Positions 63,370-64,000 of a stretch of DNA of 64,000 nucleotides are shown here, one piece after another. The stretch spans positions 352,001 through 416,000 of the forward strand of contig CAVTBU010000007.1 in assembly GCA_963733035.1 (NCBI GenBank), in the 5' to 3' direction. The position numbers were made by a program, and so were the translations under genes. The notes beneath the pieces were generated by a model. That model saw nothing but the letters and a program-made list of their open reading frames with translations, was not told the origin of the DNA and did no database searches. The first letter of the stretch is position 1. Each line of letters opens with the position of its first letter. The DNA comes from Pirellulales bacterium (lineage in GTDB: Bacteria > Planctomycetota > Planctomycetia > Pirellulales > PALSA-1355).

Positions 63370-63461
63370 CGGCGCCTGGCTTCCGCGAGACGACGATCGA
63401 CCGCATAAAAATCGCCCGCAAAACCATGGAACGCTCTGGTTCGAATCGTTCCGGTGCTGAT

Positions 63462-64000
63462 CTACGGGCGGGCTAACCACTTCACGGCTTCGGCAGTTGT
63501 TCCCTCCGCGGGGCCTGTGTAAACCTGCAGCTTGCCGCCCGCTCCAGCGGCCGTATATGCGGCGCTCACCAACCCCGGCGGCATCGGCGCTTCTCCCGCC
63601 AGCCACGTAGCGCCTGGCGCGCCAAGTGCCAACAGCCCTGGCAAGTCTCCATACTTCACCGCGCCGGGCAGAAAGTTCACGTCGCGAGCGCTCGTCACCT
63701 TTGCGAAACGGAACCCGCCTGTGTCGATTGCAGCTCGCCCCACCGCTTCGCCGGCTTGCGCCCGCGCGGCCGCCGCCCAGGCGCCGGCGGTGCCTAATCC
63801 GAGCAGGTCAACTTGTGGTTTCTCTCCGGCATACGTGCTACAGAACGAAATCAACGTGAGTACATCGTGCACTCGTTCAGCGAACAGCGCCGGATTGTAA
63901 CCGTACGTGTAGCCGGCGAACTCGCGCGGGTTGTCGACGCGGCGGTTCTCGGTGACGGGCTGCCCATCTTTCAGGAACTCGCCCTGATAGAGTAGATCGA
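63462..64000 (-). CDS. C-terminal part of an acetyl-xylan-esterase-like alpha/beta hydrolase (5' end outside window)
   Basis: FAGYTYGYNPALFAERVHDVLT, FLPGAVKYGDLPGL. Confidence 0.65.
   Translation of the reverse strand, partial: DLLYQGEFLKDGQPVTENRRVDNPREFAGYTYGYNPALFAERVHDVLTLISFCSTYAGEKPQVDLLGLGTAGAWAAAARAQAGEAVGRAAIDTGGFRFAKVTSARDVNFLPGAVKYGDLPGLLALGAPGATWLAGEAPMPPGLVSAAYTAAGAGGKLQVYTGPAEGTTAEAVKWLARP

Overview
High-GC bacterial DNA, very probably a Planctomycete (Pirellulales-like): it has a DUF1559 prepilin-type gene, DUF1080, a DUF1583-like gene and a planctomycete-style FlgM. The backbone is mostly housekeeping and conserved hypothetical genes (leuA, pdxA, dtd, accA, xylA, purB, a Fur-family gene, flgM). 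Most notable: (1) A 1500-bp IS1111/IS110-family element (42022-43521) sits inside the prepilin cleavage motif (AF-TLVELL) of a DUF1559 gene. It rebuilds that motif with its own end ([14 protein letters not shown]) and keeps the host frame open. Its non-coding region has two 9-nt guide-like segments, one matching the donor junction and one matching Phe-Thr-Leu codons, consistent with a bridge/seekRNA aimed at a multigene family. (2) A His/Cys-rich DUF2946-like leader ending in RAPP lies directly upstream of that gene. (3) An ~8-kb island (27986-36099) is built around a RAYT-like HUH nuclease and two short repeat types. It holds nested IS5/IS4-like and IS3 insertions, an IS256, a truncated radical-SAM gene and two truncated toxin/immunity pairs. 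(4) A complete leucine attenuator precedes leuA. Six genes, including purB, have 1-2 nt frameshifts in G/C runs that look like assembly errors. All family assignments come from motif recognition, not database searches.
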